The position numbers and the translations under genes are program-made. This document shows, piece after piece, positions 11,601 through 23,430 of a stretch of 64,000 nt of DNA. Positions within the stretch are counted from its first letter, which is position 1. The number at the start of each line of letters is the position of its first letter. The notes under the pieces are model-generated. The model ran no database searches. It was not told the DNA's origin and saw nothing but the letters and a program-made list of their open reading frames with translations. The stretch spans positions 28,086,001 to 28,150,000 of the forward strand of contig OX442314.1 of NCBI GenBank assembly GCA_949358305.1, read 5' to 3'. The stretch comes from Strigamia acuminata (taxonomy: Eukaryota).

Positions 11601-13838
11601 AGACAATTTCACTGTAGGAGAGGTGAATTTGATCATGTTATACCCTAGTACAGTCGGACCCGAGAATTTTTAAGTAAATGTTCGTTATAACAAAAAACAT
11701 TGACCGAAAAAAAAATCAAGTTTGATTATGAAAAACAAAATTTACTCATACACATACAGTAGTAATTTTGTGTCTGAACTGAAGTTTAGACAGTAATTTA
11801 ATATTTTTTAAATATAAAATTTAATTAAAACTTCTATAATTTTTAAAAAGCATTTCCACTTATCATAAACAGAAATTGCATTCCCCTTAGCAGTCATTTT
11901 AAAATGGAAAATTTCACCAATACGAATTATTTTCCTCTCATATTCTAAATAAGGACATCAGTTGTGAGTCATGTGATCAATTTTCAAAATTCATTATAAC
12001 GGGCTTGTTGGTATTAGTGTTCCCAGAAACTGGATTTTAAATAACGAATAATTCGTAAAATTAAAATTTGTTATATCAAATTATTTAACATGGTCTTCTA
12101 TGCTGACCAACCAAATAATTTTTAACTATTCGTTATATAAAAAATTCGTTAAAACGCGTTGGTTATAAACGAGGTTCGACTGTACCAGTACTGCATTACC
12201 ATTCTGCAATTGTTAACATTTTTCTAATGCGTAGATCGAAGACAAAATAAAAATCAAATTAAGTCCACTTTACTATGAACTCCTAGAGGATGTTCTGAAT
12301 ACAATGAATAACTTGTGGTAAACAAAGTTTATTATAAACCACTTTTCACTAAACTGACCAAACTTTAATATTTTTGCAGCTCAAAAGTCATTCTTATAGA
12401 AAAGAAAGTTGGAAATATAATAAGAAATCTGAAAAAAAATGTACATCAAATTAAATTACAAATCAAAAAGTTATGATATAGGCTACTAGTATAACGGTGC
12501 ATTATCTCTATTATTTATTAGACATACGATGTCAACACACTCGGGTTTTTAATCACTCCAGAACGTACGTTCATTTTTGACTTCATAGTCCTTCCTGTCA
12601 GATCAGTCACATTTGGATTAGTCATGCGACAAAACAGCAACATCAGAGATTATTTGTGGATGACATTTTTCAAACCATTTCCCTTGTCTGTTTGGTTATG
12701 TATTTCAGTTACATGGGTGTTCATTGAACTCTCCCTGGCTTTGATAAGCAAATACTACAAACACCCAGCTTCAACTTCAGGTAATAACGCTTCAATAGGA
12801 TTGATAATCAATTCACAAGTCATTTTTTTTTAATTTCTAAAGTTTATACAATTACTGGAACGAGAAACTTCTTTCTTTTGCTAATTATGGCAAGCTACAG
12901 TGTGGTATTGTACGCATCACTCACTATTACAACATCAGGGCTTCAATACAACAACATACAAGACGTATTATTGGAAGACAAAATAAACTTGTACGCTTAT
13001 GGAAGTTATGGTCCTTACACGGTTATCAAGGTAATGCAGTAAAATAACGAGATGACAAATTCTTGTTAGTAATTAAGACATGGCAACATAACATCATGAG
13101 AATAATGAGATTCTACTCGACATCAACAAGTCCTGCGGTTGAAACGTTTTAAGTGTTGCATAAAAAGACTATCTGTTTTCTTCATCTACAAAGTGCATTA
13201 TTTCAGAAATTAATCATTTAGTAACGTCCATTGCCAGAAAAGATGCCTGCATATTGAACCAACCTTCTAATGAATTTTTATTTCATTGGCAGAAAGCAAA
13301 AACAAACCTTACACGGGATATGTGGCACAAGATGGAAAAAAACTCCAGAAAAGGAAACATTTCGACGGAGGAAGCTCCTCAACTGCTTTTACATAATTAC
13401 AATGCCATCATTCATTCGTACGACGATCTTAAAAATAAATACGGATTAAACTGCACGTTCAGTTTTATAAAAATCCCGATCGCCGCGGCTTCTTACTACA
13501 TGTTTAATAAAAAATCAAAATATGTAGACTTATTTAATCAGAAGTAAGTATTGGCACCAGCAAATTTACAACGATTTTAAAATTAAACTCCCATAATTCA
13601 TTTCAGTATTTTGAAGTTAAAAGAAACAGGAATAAAAAAGAAACTTACCGATAAGTACAAAACAACAACCATCTGCGAAACAGCAAATTATGACCAAAAA
13701 CCCATCTCTATTTATCACACTATCACGGCATTTTTGATTCTCAGTGGAGGAGTTTTCGGGTCCGTCATGGCATTACTCGTTGAATTTCTTTTTAAGACCA
13801 AGTTTCAATGTGGCGGCTGTGTAAACAAAACCATATAA
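8664..13838 (+). CDS. Divergent ionotropic receptor (iGluR/IR family), about 546 aa. Predicted exons: 8664-8739, 8833-8961, 9663-9805, 10983-11120, 11467-11550, 12235-12314, 12380-12440, 12522-12780, 12843-13030, 13293-13543, 13607-13838
   Basis: All introns are GT-AG with consistent phases, giving one open frame of 1641 nt. Signal-peptide-like N-terminus; S1 motif ITPERTFIFDF; pre-M1/M1 FFKPFPLSVWLCI; M3-like MASYSVVLYASLT (cf. SYTANLAAFLT); S2 end ILKLKETGIKKKLTDKY; M4 AFLILSGGVFGSVMALLVEF. Confidence 0.8.
9006..9642. mobile_element. Tc2/pogo-like MITE of the same family as 6959-7200, inverted, in intron 2 of the IR gene
   Basis: CCGTATTTTA...TAAAATACGG TIRs with flanking TA; absent from the matching intron of the paralogue (18439-18497). 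Confidence 0.8.
9087..9407. repeat. 37-bp tandem repeat, about 8.7 copies, each with a 12-bp palindrome
   Basis: Unit GTTAGTTACATT-TGTTT-AATGTAACTAAC-CCAGAACA. Confidence 0.95.
9893..10080. mobile_element. Small MITE-like element with imperfect TIRs of about 28 bp
   Basis: CAGTGTAAGCTGAGTAGCCTGGGCATAG versus reverse complement of the right end TAGTATAAGCTGTGTAGACCGGACATAG; internal TGTCCGG repeats. Confidence 0.5.
10175..10878. mobile_element. Degenerate Tc1/mariner-type non-autonomous element(s); related fragment at about 6700-6942
   Basis: AGGGTGTCTCAAAAAA start, CACCCTGTA ends near 10840 and 10878, shared TGCTCTACAA...CTTGAAG...GGTCAAAT block. Confidence 0.5.
11651..12182. mobile_element. 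pogo/Tigger-like MITE in an IR intron
   Basis: TA|CAGTCGGACC...GAGGTTCGACTG|TA termini; TTCGTTATA subterminal motifs. Confidence 0.6.
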
Positions 13839-15030
13839 TCAGCATTGTAGTACACAACAAGGTCCAGCATTGAAATGATCTTTACAACATGAAAATTCAA
13901 AAGTGTTTATTTACGGTTCCTAACCGTCACACATTTACCGATTTACCATTGACTCGCACCCTACTAACACTATTGTTCTGCTGCCAAGAACGAATAAAAT
14001 TGAGACACAAACCAATTTACTTACGAATTACGGTTCTCCTTTGCTTTTCATCCAAACGGCCAAAATCGTGGTGTCTTTGATATATTTCTCTCTCGCACGT
14101 TCACGTTTCCCGCTTGATACCGGTAATAAATTAAATTAAGTGCGACTGTGTTTCTGTAATTTAAATATCGTAATTTAATATTCTTGAATTAAAATGGGAA
14201 TTTACCAAAATGTTACCGGACTGTGTTGTTTTTTGTCCTGACGATAAACCACTGATCATTTTTCTTCTTCGCTATTTTACGGCGAGCGCTGTGATTTATT
14301 AATTTGTGGCGAACGGTTGACTTGGTTGACTCAATTATATTGATGGTTTGATTTTGTTCCAGCTGCAGCATGTTTGAGGTCCGTCAAAGAGTTTTTTAAT
14401 CTTGAAAAATTAAACGAAATAAAAAACAAACACGTACAATTTACTTCCGGCTGGTCGAAGTCCGCCATTTTCAAATGAGCACTGTGCTGTGGCTAGAAAC
14501 CTTGAGACTTACGTATGGACACCTTTGACGATTATAGCGCCAGCTGTGGATCTTGAACCTACTAAACAAATATCAATATCAATATCAATATGAATATGAA
14601 TATGTACTTTATTTTCTTGCTTGTCAAGTGCAAAAATAAATTACAGACTAAGAAAATTGCATAAATCAACATTAATAGTTGCTAAACAAACATTTGTATT
14701 GGGAAAAAGGCAAAATAAAATGCAAAAATAACAATAAAAACGGCATTATAGTAAAAAGCAGTGTAGAAGTTAAAAATGAAACCCTGAATCAAGCAAGAAT
14801 ACATTCCGATACTCACTCAAATGGAAAATAATAGATTAAATATCTACACAAAAAATTATAGAATAGAAATTATAGAAATTGACTTGGATTCAAAAAAAAC
14901 ATTTTAATAGGCGTGCTCGTGTAGGTAGACGCAGCTTGTGTCTGACCCGAGTGCATGTGTGGCACCACGTTTTTTAGCATACTCAACAATTGTACAATCT
15001 AATGTGATGGGAATTCGAGTATTTCGCGAC

Positions 15031-15386
15031 TTCACAAAATAAAATTTCACATTTGTGATATATACGGTAGGTCACAAACCACTCATTACAATTCTCAGAA
15101 ATCTCATGAATTATTTAAAATACAGAGTAATAATTACTTGTCAACTTTCACAAAATAAAATTTTACATTTGCGATATATACGGTAAGTCACGAACTACTC
15201 ATTACAATTCTCAGAAATCTCATGAATTATTTAAAATACAGAGTAATAATTACTTGTCAACTTTCACAAAATGAAATTTTACATTTGCGATATATACGGT
15301 AAGTCACGAACTACTCATTACAATTCTCAGAAATCTCATGAATTATTTAAAATACAGAGTAGTAATTACTTGTCAACTTTCACAAA
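15031..15386 (+). repeat. 116-bp tandem repeat, 3 copies
   Basis: TTCACAAA recurs at 15031, 15147, 15263 and 15379 with near-identical units between. Confidence 0.85.
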
Positions 15387-15805
15387 TCATCAATATACCT
15401 GCAATGCGGTGTTTTTGAGTGGATCAAGTGCCACGTTTTCACCTGACTGGACTTTAAAACCGTACGTATTTTTTCGTGTCTTTATTAAATTCAATACGTG
15501 CTTATTGGAGAGTTATTCAATCATATTCGAGTTTTGCAAATCCGGATCAAATCGCAGTAAAAATGCACTGGATTTGCAAAATAACATTTAAATTTATGCG
15601 AATGCCACTCTCTCAATACTACCAACAGTCAGAATTTCAACAAAGTATGCAATTATCACATGGTTTTAAATTCTGTTTATTACCTAACGAAAGACGTCAG
15701 TTGTAATATTTGTGGATTGCTGTGACAACCGAAGTTACGACATTTGTCCAAACTCCGAATGCACAGGAATGTGTTTTGGAAGGTTTCTGAATAAACCCAT
15801 CAGAA

Positions 15806-16270
15806 GGGTACCCGTTCCAACGGCGAATCACCTAATGGCGAATTTTGAAAATTCGCCATTGGAAAGGTATTTTGACGTTCCAATGGCGAATCTGGGCAAA
15901 TTCGCCATTGGAAACGTGTGTATTGAAATTCGCCATTGGAAACGTTATTTGCGTTTCCAATGGCGAATCTGTGGGCGTCATCTACCGCGACTCCCAATTC
16001 CTAAGAAGGGCTAACCCCCCGCGAACCTAACCTTACTGGTTTTTTTATCCAAAACCTTTTTTTTGCGTCGGCTTGTCGCGGCAGATTCATGTCGCGCTCC
16101 TGTGGCTAATTTCTACTAATTCGCCATTAGAAAGGTCCAAATACGTTCCCAATGGCGAATTGGGAGAAATTTGCCATTGGGACTGCTTTTGGACAGAATA
16201 AGGTCGAAATTCGCCATTCGTCCGAATGGCCAGATTCGCCCTTAGATGATTCGCCGTTGGAACGGCACCC
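15806..16270. mobile_element. Mutator(MULE)-like non-autonomous element
   Basis: TIRs GGGT(AC/G)CCGTTCCAACGGCGAATCA; 9-bp TSD CCATCAGAA at 15797-15805 and 16271-16279; internal AATGGCGAAT/ATTCGCCATT repeats. Confidence 0.8.
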
Positions 16271-17139
16271 CCATCAGAACCAGCGGTGTAGCGTGGGTTG
16301 CCAGCAACCAGAGCAAAATTAGTATTGTGCTTCCCTACCCAGTCAGTATTCCCTTCCACTTTGGCAGAAGAGGCGTCCCCTTAGGACTCTGATTTTCATG
16401 GGTCCCAAATTCTAAAAATAAAAGTTTAAGCAACTACAAAGGGGCACAGTCCATACTGTGCCGCAACGTAGAACTACGAGTACCTCCGGAGTGAGATAAA
16501 TTAATGTTTGGTTTGTTTATTTAGATGAGGTAGTTCGAGTTGAGACTGAGGTTATGTTGTTGTTTATATTTGCTGTGAGTATTGGTTTGTGTTGTGTATT
16601 TAAAACTACTTAATTGTTTATTATACAATGTTTGATGGCTTGTATCCAAATGTCTTGTTTGCTAGTAGTTACTAACATAAACCTCGTTCGGTGTGGCAAA
16701 GTAAATGGATTTCAGGCACAAGTGACGACATTCGTGCAGGATGTTAAGTAAATCAACTCGCGCATTGTTTTACATTGATCAATTGACGAGACACTTTTTG
16801 GCGCCAAGCAGAGGATGCGAGCGCACTCTCCTTTAGATAAGACGCTTTACTTTGGCAAAGCCGTGACTTTCACTTTTTCCCCCAAAAAAACTACACACAA
16901 AAATAAATAAAAACAATAAAATATAAACAAAACCGTGCTAAAAACATCAAAAATAATTTAAAACGTCCTAAGAAATGTCGAAAATGATTAAAATCGCGTA
17001 AAAATGTGTTTTTGATCAATTTTGAACTTCTTGGATCAAATCTCGTTTTTGATCTCGGTCTCGTACGAGATCTCGTCTCGGGACGAGTGCATCTCGTCTC
17101 GGAAATACGAGATTTTGAAATGGCCGTGAATCTGAAAGT

Positions 17140-17305
17140 TGGGATTATTCGAATCAGATGGGATTATTCAAATGAAATGGGATTATTCAAATGAAATGGG
17201 ATTATTCTACCCAGAGTGGAATTATTCTACCCAGAGTGGAATTATTCTACCCAGAGTGGAATTATTCTACCCAGAGTGGAATTATTCTAACCAAGTGGGA
17301 TTATT
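17140..17305 (+). repeat. 19-20 bp minisatellite (GGAATTATTCTACCCAGAGT and variants), about 8 units
   Basis: Read directly. Confidence 0.85.
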
Positions 17306-18156
17306 GGAACCAAATGAAATTGAACCAAATGAAAAATAACAAACCAAATCAAACCAAAGCAAACTAAATCAAAGAAAATTGTGGCTGGTATGGGTTGCTG
17401 TGTTAATGCAAACTAAATGTTCTTCAGCAATTAATTTGTGTATATACCAAATCAGGTACCGCCGATCTTATTAATTGTCGTTAGTGTGGTACGTAGATCA
17501 TGCTGGTAGTACATATCGTCATTAATTAATGTGGTAATTATAAGTCAAACACACGTTACATTGATACGTGACCAACAACATGCTGACCAATTTTATTTTT
17601 GTAATATATTCCAAAGCTTAGAATTTGAGATACGGTGGTTTTAGTGATTTTGAGTTGAATTTTTGATATTTTTTTTAGATATAGCTGTTGCAGTGTCCTG
17701 GACGTGATCTGGATAAATTGGTAGATCACAACAGAGAACAAGCCCACGTGCCACTTATTTTAGTTACTTTAACTATCGCGTGTCAAATCTAATAAGAAAA
17801 TGGATTTTACATTCTTAATCTCAGAGCGTCACGACATATTTGGCACATATTGTATCGAATGCCGATACATGTAAAAGGTAAACAAGTTGACTTGGCAACA
17901 ATTTCTAAAGCCAACAACAACCGAACAATAACAAACTCAGTCTAAGGAAGGCATTCAAATCTTGTGGTCATGAAGTTCTCCTTCTGATGTCAAATAAATA
18001 CCACTAATCAGTCTGGCATCTTAATGTGACTAGCATTAGATGAAGTTTGATCGTGTTCAGGCTATTGAAGGATATAACACAACCGTCATAGCAAGACAAC
18101 AGAAACAAAAAACGGAGTAGAATATTTTGGTATTCGCTACACTTCTCTGTTGCAGG

Positions 18157-18640
18157 ATGAACATTCTGGTAATGTTTTTCTTTTACCTGTTATCTGGATG
18201 CATAAACATTTCAAAAAGCAATCGCTCGACAGGTATGCTTTACTACAAAATTCTGAATTGTTAATAGCAGCAAGTTAAAGTAGACGTACATTTTTATCTT
18301 TTCTTTAAGCATTGGAAGATAATTTTCCAGAAAAAGTTTCCTTTTCTGACTGTAATAAGCAACTCAATTTTCAACTATCTAATATTGTACAAATCATGAA
18401 TTCAAGACAAATACTCATCATTTATCAGGATGATTATTGTTGATAAATCATACATTTAATTCTTTCTTATATTTCTAAAACCATTTTTTAATTGCAGTAC
18501 CAAACTGTTTGTCCAAATTAATCCATTTCAATTGGATTGGAAAAATTCAAATATCAGCACAACGATTCACCAATACATCGCTAGATTTCATTTATACTCC
18601 CGTTCAAATGATACTGATTTGGATAGACAATTCTGAGCAG
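18157..18640 (+). CDS. Second IR paralogue, exons 1-3 only (18157-18232, 18310-18438, 18498-18640); remainder not found in the window
   Basis: Exon lengths (76/129/143) and phases identical to the first copy, open frame MNILVMFFFYLLSGCINIS...PNCLSKLIHFNWIGKIQISAQRFTNTSLD; about 400 bp upstream is also homologous (17750-18150 versus 8240-8660). Confidence 0.75.
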
Positions 18641-18706
18641 GTAAAGACGATCTAATCATGCTCTTATACCTTGTTCGCACCAGACAGTTTGGGCTAGCCT
18701 AAAGTT

Positions 18707-19211
18707 TGTGACCGTCAGGCCACCTGGGTGACCTGCGGCACTGCCACACACCACCACACGGCCCCAAAGGTCAACCCCTCTGTGGGTGATTGACCTAGCC
18801 CGGGGACGAGGGAGTGGAGTGGTGTGGTGAGGAGGGAGTGGAGTGAGAGAGGAGAGTTGAGTGTTGGACACGGCCTGAGAAGGACGTGTCTGCAACAGCT
18901 CCCAGAGAGGAGAAGTAGTCATCGAGAGGGACGAGAAGTGTCCCAGGTTGAACCCCACACTCCTCACCATTCACCACGTTGATCCTCAGTGCTATGGTGG
19001 AGTCCGTAGTGCAGCCTCCATGAGCGGATACGCGGGTCGCAGGTAAGCGCGACATGAATGTTAAGTCGAACCGACCTCGTCACACATTGGACTTCTGCCC
19101 AGTGTGTGACGGGTCGGTTGCCGGTGCGGCGCGCCTTCGTGGCGCCCCTGCAACGGGTATTATTACGTGAAGTATGCGTCCCTACCCAGTGTTATTAGTC
19201 CCCTAGTTACA
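18707..19211 (+). repeat. Putative gypsy-type 5' LTR with no partner in the window
   Basis: Sharp GC shift; TGTGAC...GTTACA termini followed by PBS-like TTGGCGAG; hairpin of about 21 bp at 19069-19119. Confidence 0.5.
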
Positions 19212-21494
19212 TTGGCGAGACCATACCAGTCACAATTGAGGGCCCTGTCCGAGATCTGAACTTGGAAAGTTTTTTTTTTGATCTGCCATTTTGTTTTGCT
19301 TTGTGCTCAACCCTTTGTTACATTGTGGTTAGCTTTTTGTCTCAATTTTATCGTTGTCACGTATTGTTTTACTATTTGTTTCAGGTCTTGCCGCATTTTG
19401 CTTTATTTTTTGGCGGGGGTCAATTGTATTGTTTTTCATTTTTCTTTGTTTTGGACTTGGGTTAATTGCTTTTTTATGACCGGAATTGAAGGGGTGTTCT
19501 GTTTACCACTTTGGGTCCTGGTGGGTTTAGTTGTGGGAGGCGGGGTGCTTTTTCATTTGAAGGTTGTTAAATTGTATTTTTCTCAGTGCTGGTGTGGTTG
19601 GGGCTCTGAAATTAATTTTTTCAGACGCACTGCAACCAACCAAAACATTGTGATATGTGTTTCTCTAATTGGCTTTGGGAGATTTGCTCACCCCTCGGTC
19701 AGTCACAGGGGTGCATGGCATGGTGTCTTATCTTTTGTGTTTTTCTCCCCTTGTACTGACTTGACCTCGCAGTGCTTTTGTCTTTATTTTTCAATTGCAC
19801 TGTGTGTCTATTTTGGTGCCGGGTTGGGAAACATTTGTTTTTCTTCTGCCACATTTTTCCCTTGGTTTGAGCTGGGTATTGCTTGAATTTTTGGGGGATG
19901 TGTGCAATTTTCTTTTATTTTATGGTAATTTTTCTTTTTGTTGGTCTGGCTAGGATTTGATTGACTTGTTTTTTTTTTTGCTTGTTCTAATTGAGGTCCG
20001 CTTTACAATGACAGTAGCCGACCAACACATTAGTCTAATGCCATTTTTATTTTTATTTTTTAGGTATGTTTTGTTTATGTGCTTGGTTTTGGCTTGAGTC
20101 AACCTGGATGTTTCCTTTAATCGTCTTGGGGCGACAATGGCCAACCAACACATGAGCTTGATACCATTTTTTATTATTTTATAATTTTTCATTTCTTGGT
20201 GTGCAACCTATACGGGGAGGAACCAGTTGGGGGTGCTCAGTTTTTGTGGTTTGGGGTGTTGGAATAGATCTGTTTCATCATCTCAAGGGCAATTGAGAGT
20301 GGCTGTTGAGTGTCTTAGAGGGTCGGCACCACACCGGACAATTGGTGGATTTGGTTCCTTGATTTCTCTCTCAGGGTCGGGCGATTTGGTGCTTTTTCCG
20401 AGTGTGTTCTTTTGGCGGGAAATGTAATTGTGGTGTTGTTGTGGTGGGCAGGCATGCTGCTGGAGTCCCGTAAGACCCAGTTCAGCCCTGTGCATGTCCG
20501 GACAACAATGAACTATGTTTGGTACAAACTAGGGGAGCTCTGTTCATTACTGGCCAGAGGTACATTCCTGGTTTCAGCGGTTTGAGTAATCTTTTGAATC
20601 ACAGGCGCACGTACTTCCTTGGAGCACACGGAGACTGGGTTTCCAACCCTGTCCCGGGCACTGGTGGAAGCAGTTTGGCATGATTTTGGCTTTTTTGTGT
20701 TTTTGTGGCCACTTATGGCACATTTTTGTCAATTTCACTGCCGTTCTGTCGAAATTGGGTCTCGGATAGCGGGGAAGGCGGCCCTTGCAGGGGACTGCTT
20801 GGGTGTCGAGCCTAACGGTGTTTGCCCTCGGACCGCGCGTGGGATGTTTGCAAACACAAATTGGGTGGCTAACGGCTTTGAAAAGAGACTGTGAATCCAG
20901 CCCAACATCTTTTTTTTAATCTTTGTTTTCAATGTGCTGTGTGTGGATCATTTTGTGATACACGCCACATTTTTCTCCAAACCTTTCTCTTATACTATTT
21001 CTACTCTATTTTCATATCCGGATTAGATTGGGAAGTGACGCCACTGGGGATCGGACCTAACTTTCCCTGGCATTGGACCGTGTCCGAACGCTGTCTGCCC
21101 GGTCTAGTCCAGATTCAGTCGCCAATTTCTCTTCACTCTTTGTCTGAAGTGACTGAGTCGATTTTTGCCTCATCAGGGTTATCGCAACCTTGATGGTGTT
21201 TTGGGTGTGAATTTGGTGCTTGAGCTAGCTATGCCAAAGGAAGCCTAAAATACGCAATTTTAGCGTTTTCAGCAGGGGTTAAAACTGGTGGCAGACGTAT
21301 ACACCAGCACAAAGGAAAACGTACGACCTTAGCATCGAAGCTGTGGGGCGCGATGAGAAAATGCCACGAAAAAACGATATACGCAGTTTTTTCTACTTGG
21401 TTCTGGCGCGAATAATTTAGAACACGAAGGGAAAGACGAACCATGCATTGTGTTTGTTAGTTTGGGAGTGTCAGTAAACTTCCAGTCGCCCATT

Positions 21495-21730
21495 TCTATC
21501 TTCTGGGGCGTGGATAAATGCCGGAAAGGTGTTCGCCAGTTTCTATCTTCTGGGGCGTGGATAAGTACCAGAAAGGTGTTCGCTAATTTTTTATTTTTTG
21601 GGGCGTGGATTAAAAATACCAAAAAGTGTTCGCTAATTTTTTATTTTGGGGCGTGGATTAAAAATACCAAAGTTTATATTTTATAAGTTTAAGTTTAAGT
21701 TTAAGTTTAAGTTTATATTTTGGGGCGCAG
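21495..21730 (+). repeat. Imperfect tandem repeats (T(T/C)TGGGGCGTGGAT, 4-5 copies) plus an (AAGTTT)n run
   Basis: Read directly. Confidence 0.6.
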
Positions 21731-21810
21731 AGAAGAGCCAAAATTTGTTGTTTTTATTGTTGTTCAATAATTAAACTATCTCGTAATAATTTATTATGTT
21801 TTATTCTTTA

Positions 21811-23430
21811 CTAGTGGAAAGCATAGGTTTGGAAACATCAATAATTCCAAAAAATATTTTTTCTTTCACCTTTGTTGTGTGGAAATAAATGATTGACAAA
21901 TATGACGAGTTACTACACATTGTTGCCCTTTTATTCAGCTTCAAAACAAAGTGTTTGAACTTAAAAAAAAATAAAAAATGACAGAGATATGATGATTTTT
22001 CTTCATCTGTTCCGAAGCAAAAATATGGAAATATGTGTTCCCTGTTGCAAAAGTTTAGAAACTTGACGATTACACATGATTTAGAAGCATTTACACAGTC
22101 AAATCAGATAACTAATCACGTGATTGCAACATAAAATCACTTAAGATCAAACATGGTGTTAAGTGCGGATGAAAAACAAATTTTAGTGAACATGCGAGCT
22201 AAGAAGAAAACTCGTGACTGAAATTGCTACCTTTTTGAAGATGTCCCCATCATGCATCAACAAATGCTTGTAAATGTGTAAAAGAAGATGGTGGAAAGGT
22301 CAAATCGGCTAGAAAACGTTCTGGAAGACCCCTAAAATCTACAGAATGCAAGATTCAGATCCTCAAAACACTTGTCAGGAATCAACCAAAGCTCTCTGCC
22401 AATGAATAACACATTAAATGGCAACTTGAACCAGGTATAACAGTCCCAAAAGACATTGTTCTATGGAAACTTAAAAGTATGGGCTACAGATCTGAATTTC
22501 CAGGATGCAAATCATACATGAACAACAAACAAATCCGTAAGTGGCATGCACGAGCCACGGAAATGTGGAATTCGGTTATTTTCTTCGATAATTTTAAGTC
22601 CTACTTGTCATTTGGGGATCAGGGAGTCCATGTTTAACGATGAAAAGGCAAAGAAAATAATCCAAAATGTCCGAACACTGCTGTGAAGTACCCCCTCAGC
22701 CTAATGATCTGTGTTTGCATATCCTCCAATGGCCCAGGACAGTTAACATTCATAGAAGGAACAGTGAATGCTGGGAAATATTAACAGATTCTCAAGGAAA
22801 GTCTATTGCCATCAAAGAGAGTTTTATTTGGGCCAACAAGTAACCTTCATGCAAGATGTAGCACCCTTTCATATGGCCAAGACCATAATGAAATGGTTTT
22901 AAACAAAAAAAATCACTTTTACCTTGGTCAGGTAACTCACCAGATATGAATCCGATGGAAAATATTTAGCTGCTGATGAAGAAAGAATTAAGAGCTCACA
23001 AACCCAGAAATGAAAGCTGCAATAACACAAGCGTGGGAATCAATCACCCCAGAGGATGACAAAAACTGACATCATCAATGGCGAGAAGGATTACTGCAGT
23101 GATCAGGAGAAAGCGCCATCCTACCAAATACTGAGGTAAAAGTCATTTATAATGGTGGTTTTAATTTTTTTACTTCAAGTTTCTAAACTTTTGCAACAGG
23201 GAACAAATATTTCCATACTTTTGCTTCGGAACAGATGAAGAAAAATCATCATTTCTCTCTCATTTTTTATTTTTTTTTAAGTTCAAACACTTTGTTTTGA
23301 AGCTGAATAAAAGGGCAACAATGTGTAGTAACTCGTCATATTTGTCAATCATTTATTTCCACACAACAAAGGTGGAAAAAAAAATATTTTTTGGAATCAT
23401 TCATGTTTCCAAACTTATGCTTTCCACTAG
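21811..23430 (+). mobile_element. Tc1-family DNA transposon with TIRs of about 255 bp (IR/DR type)
   Basis: TIRs 21811-22066 and 23175-23430; TA at both flanks; A(A/G)GTTT(A/G)GAAAC repeated at both ends of each TIR. Confidence 0.92.
22153..23133 (+). pseudogene. Decayed Tc1 DD34E transposase
   Basis: Fragments RSGRPLKS, WNSVIFFD, MQDVAPFH, SPDMNPMENI and PTKY*, with several stops and frameshifts. Confidence 0.85.

Noticed and set aside
16280..17135. Possible hAT-like ends (CAGCGGTGTAGCG; GTCTCG repeats)
   Set aside because: No matching TIR pair or TSD could be found
19278..19886. 202-aa hydrophobic ORF resembling a membrane or env protein
   Set aside because: Explained by extreme T-richness of the strand; non-ATG start and no recognisable motifs
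20283..20932. Minus-strand ORF fragments, possibly gag-like
   Set aside because: Short, interrupted by stops, no complete zinc knuckle or other domain
21684..21715. (AAGTTT)n as a telomeric repeat
   Set aside because: Only about 5 units, interstitial, and not the arthropod TTAGG motif
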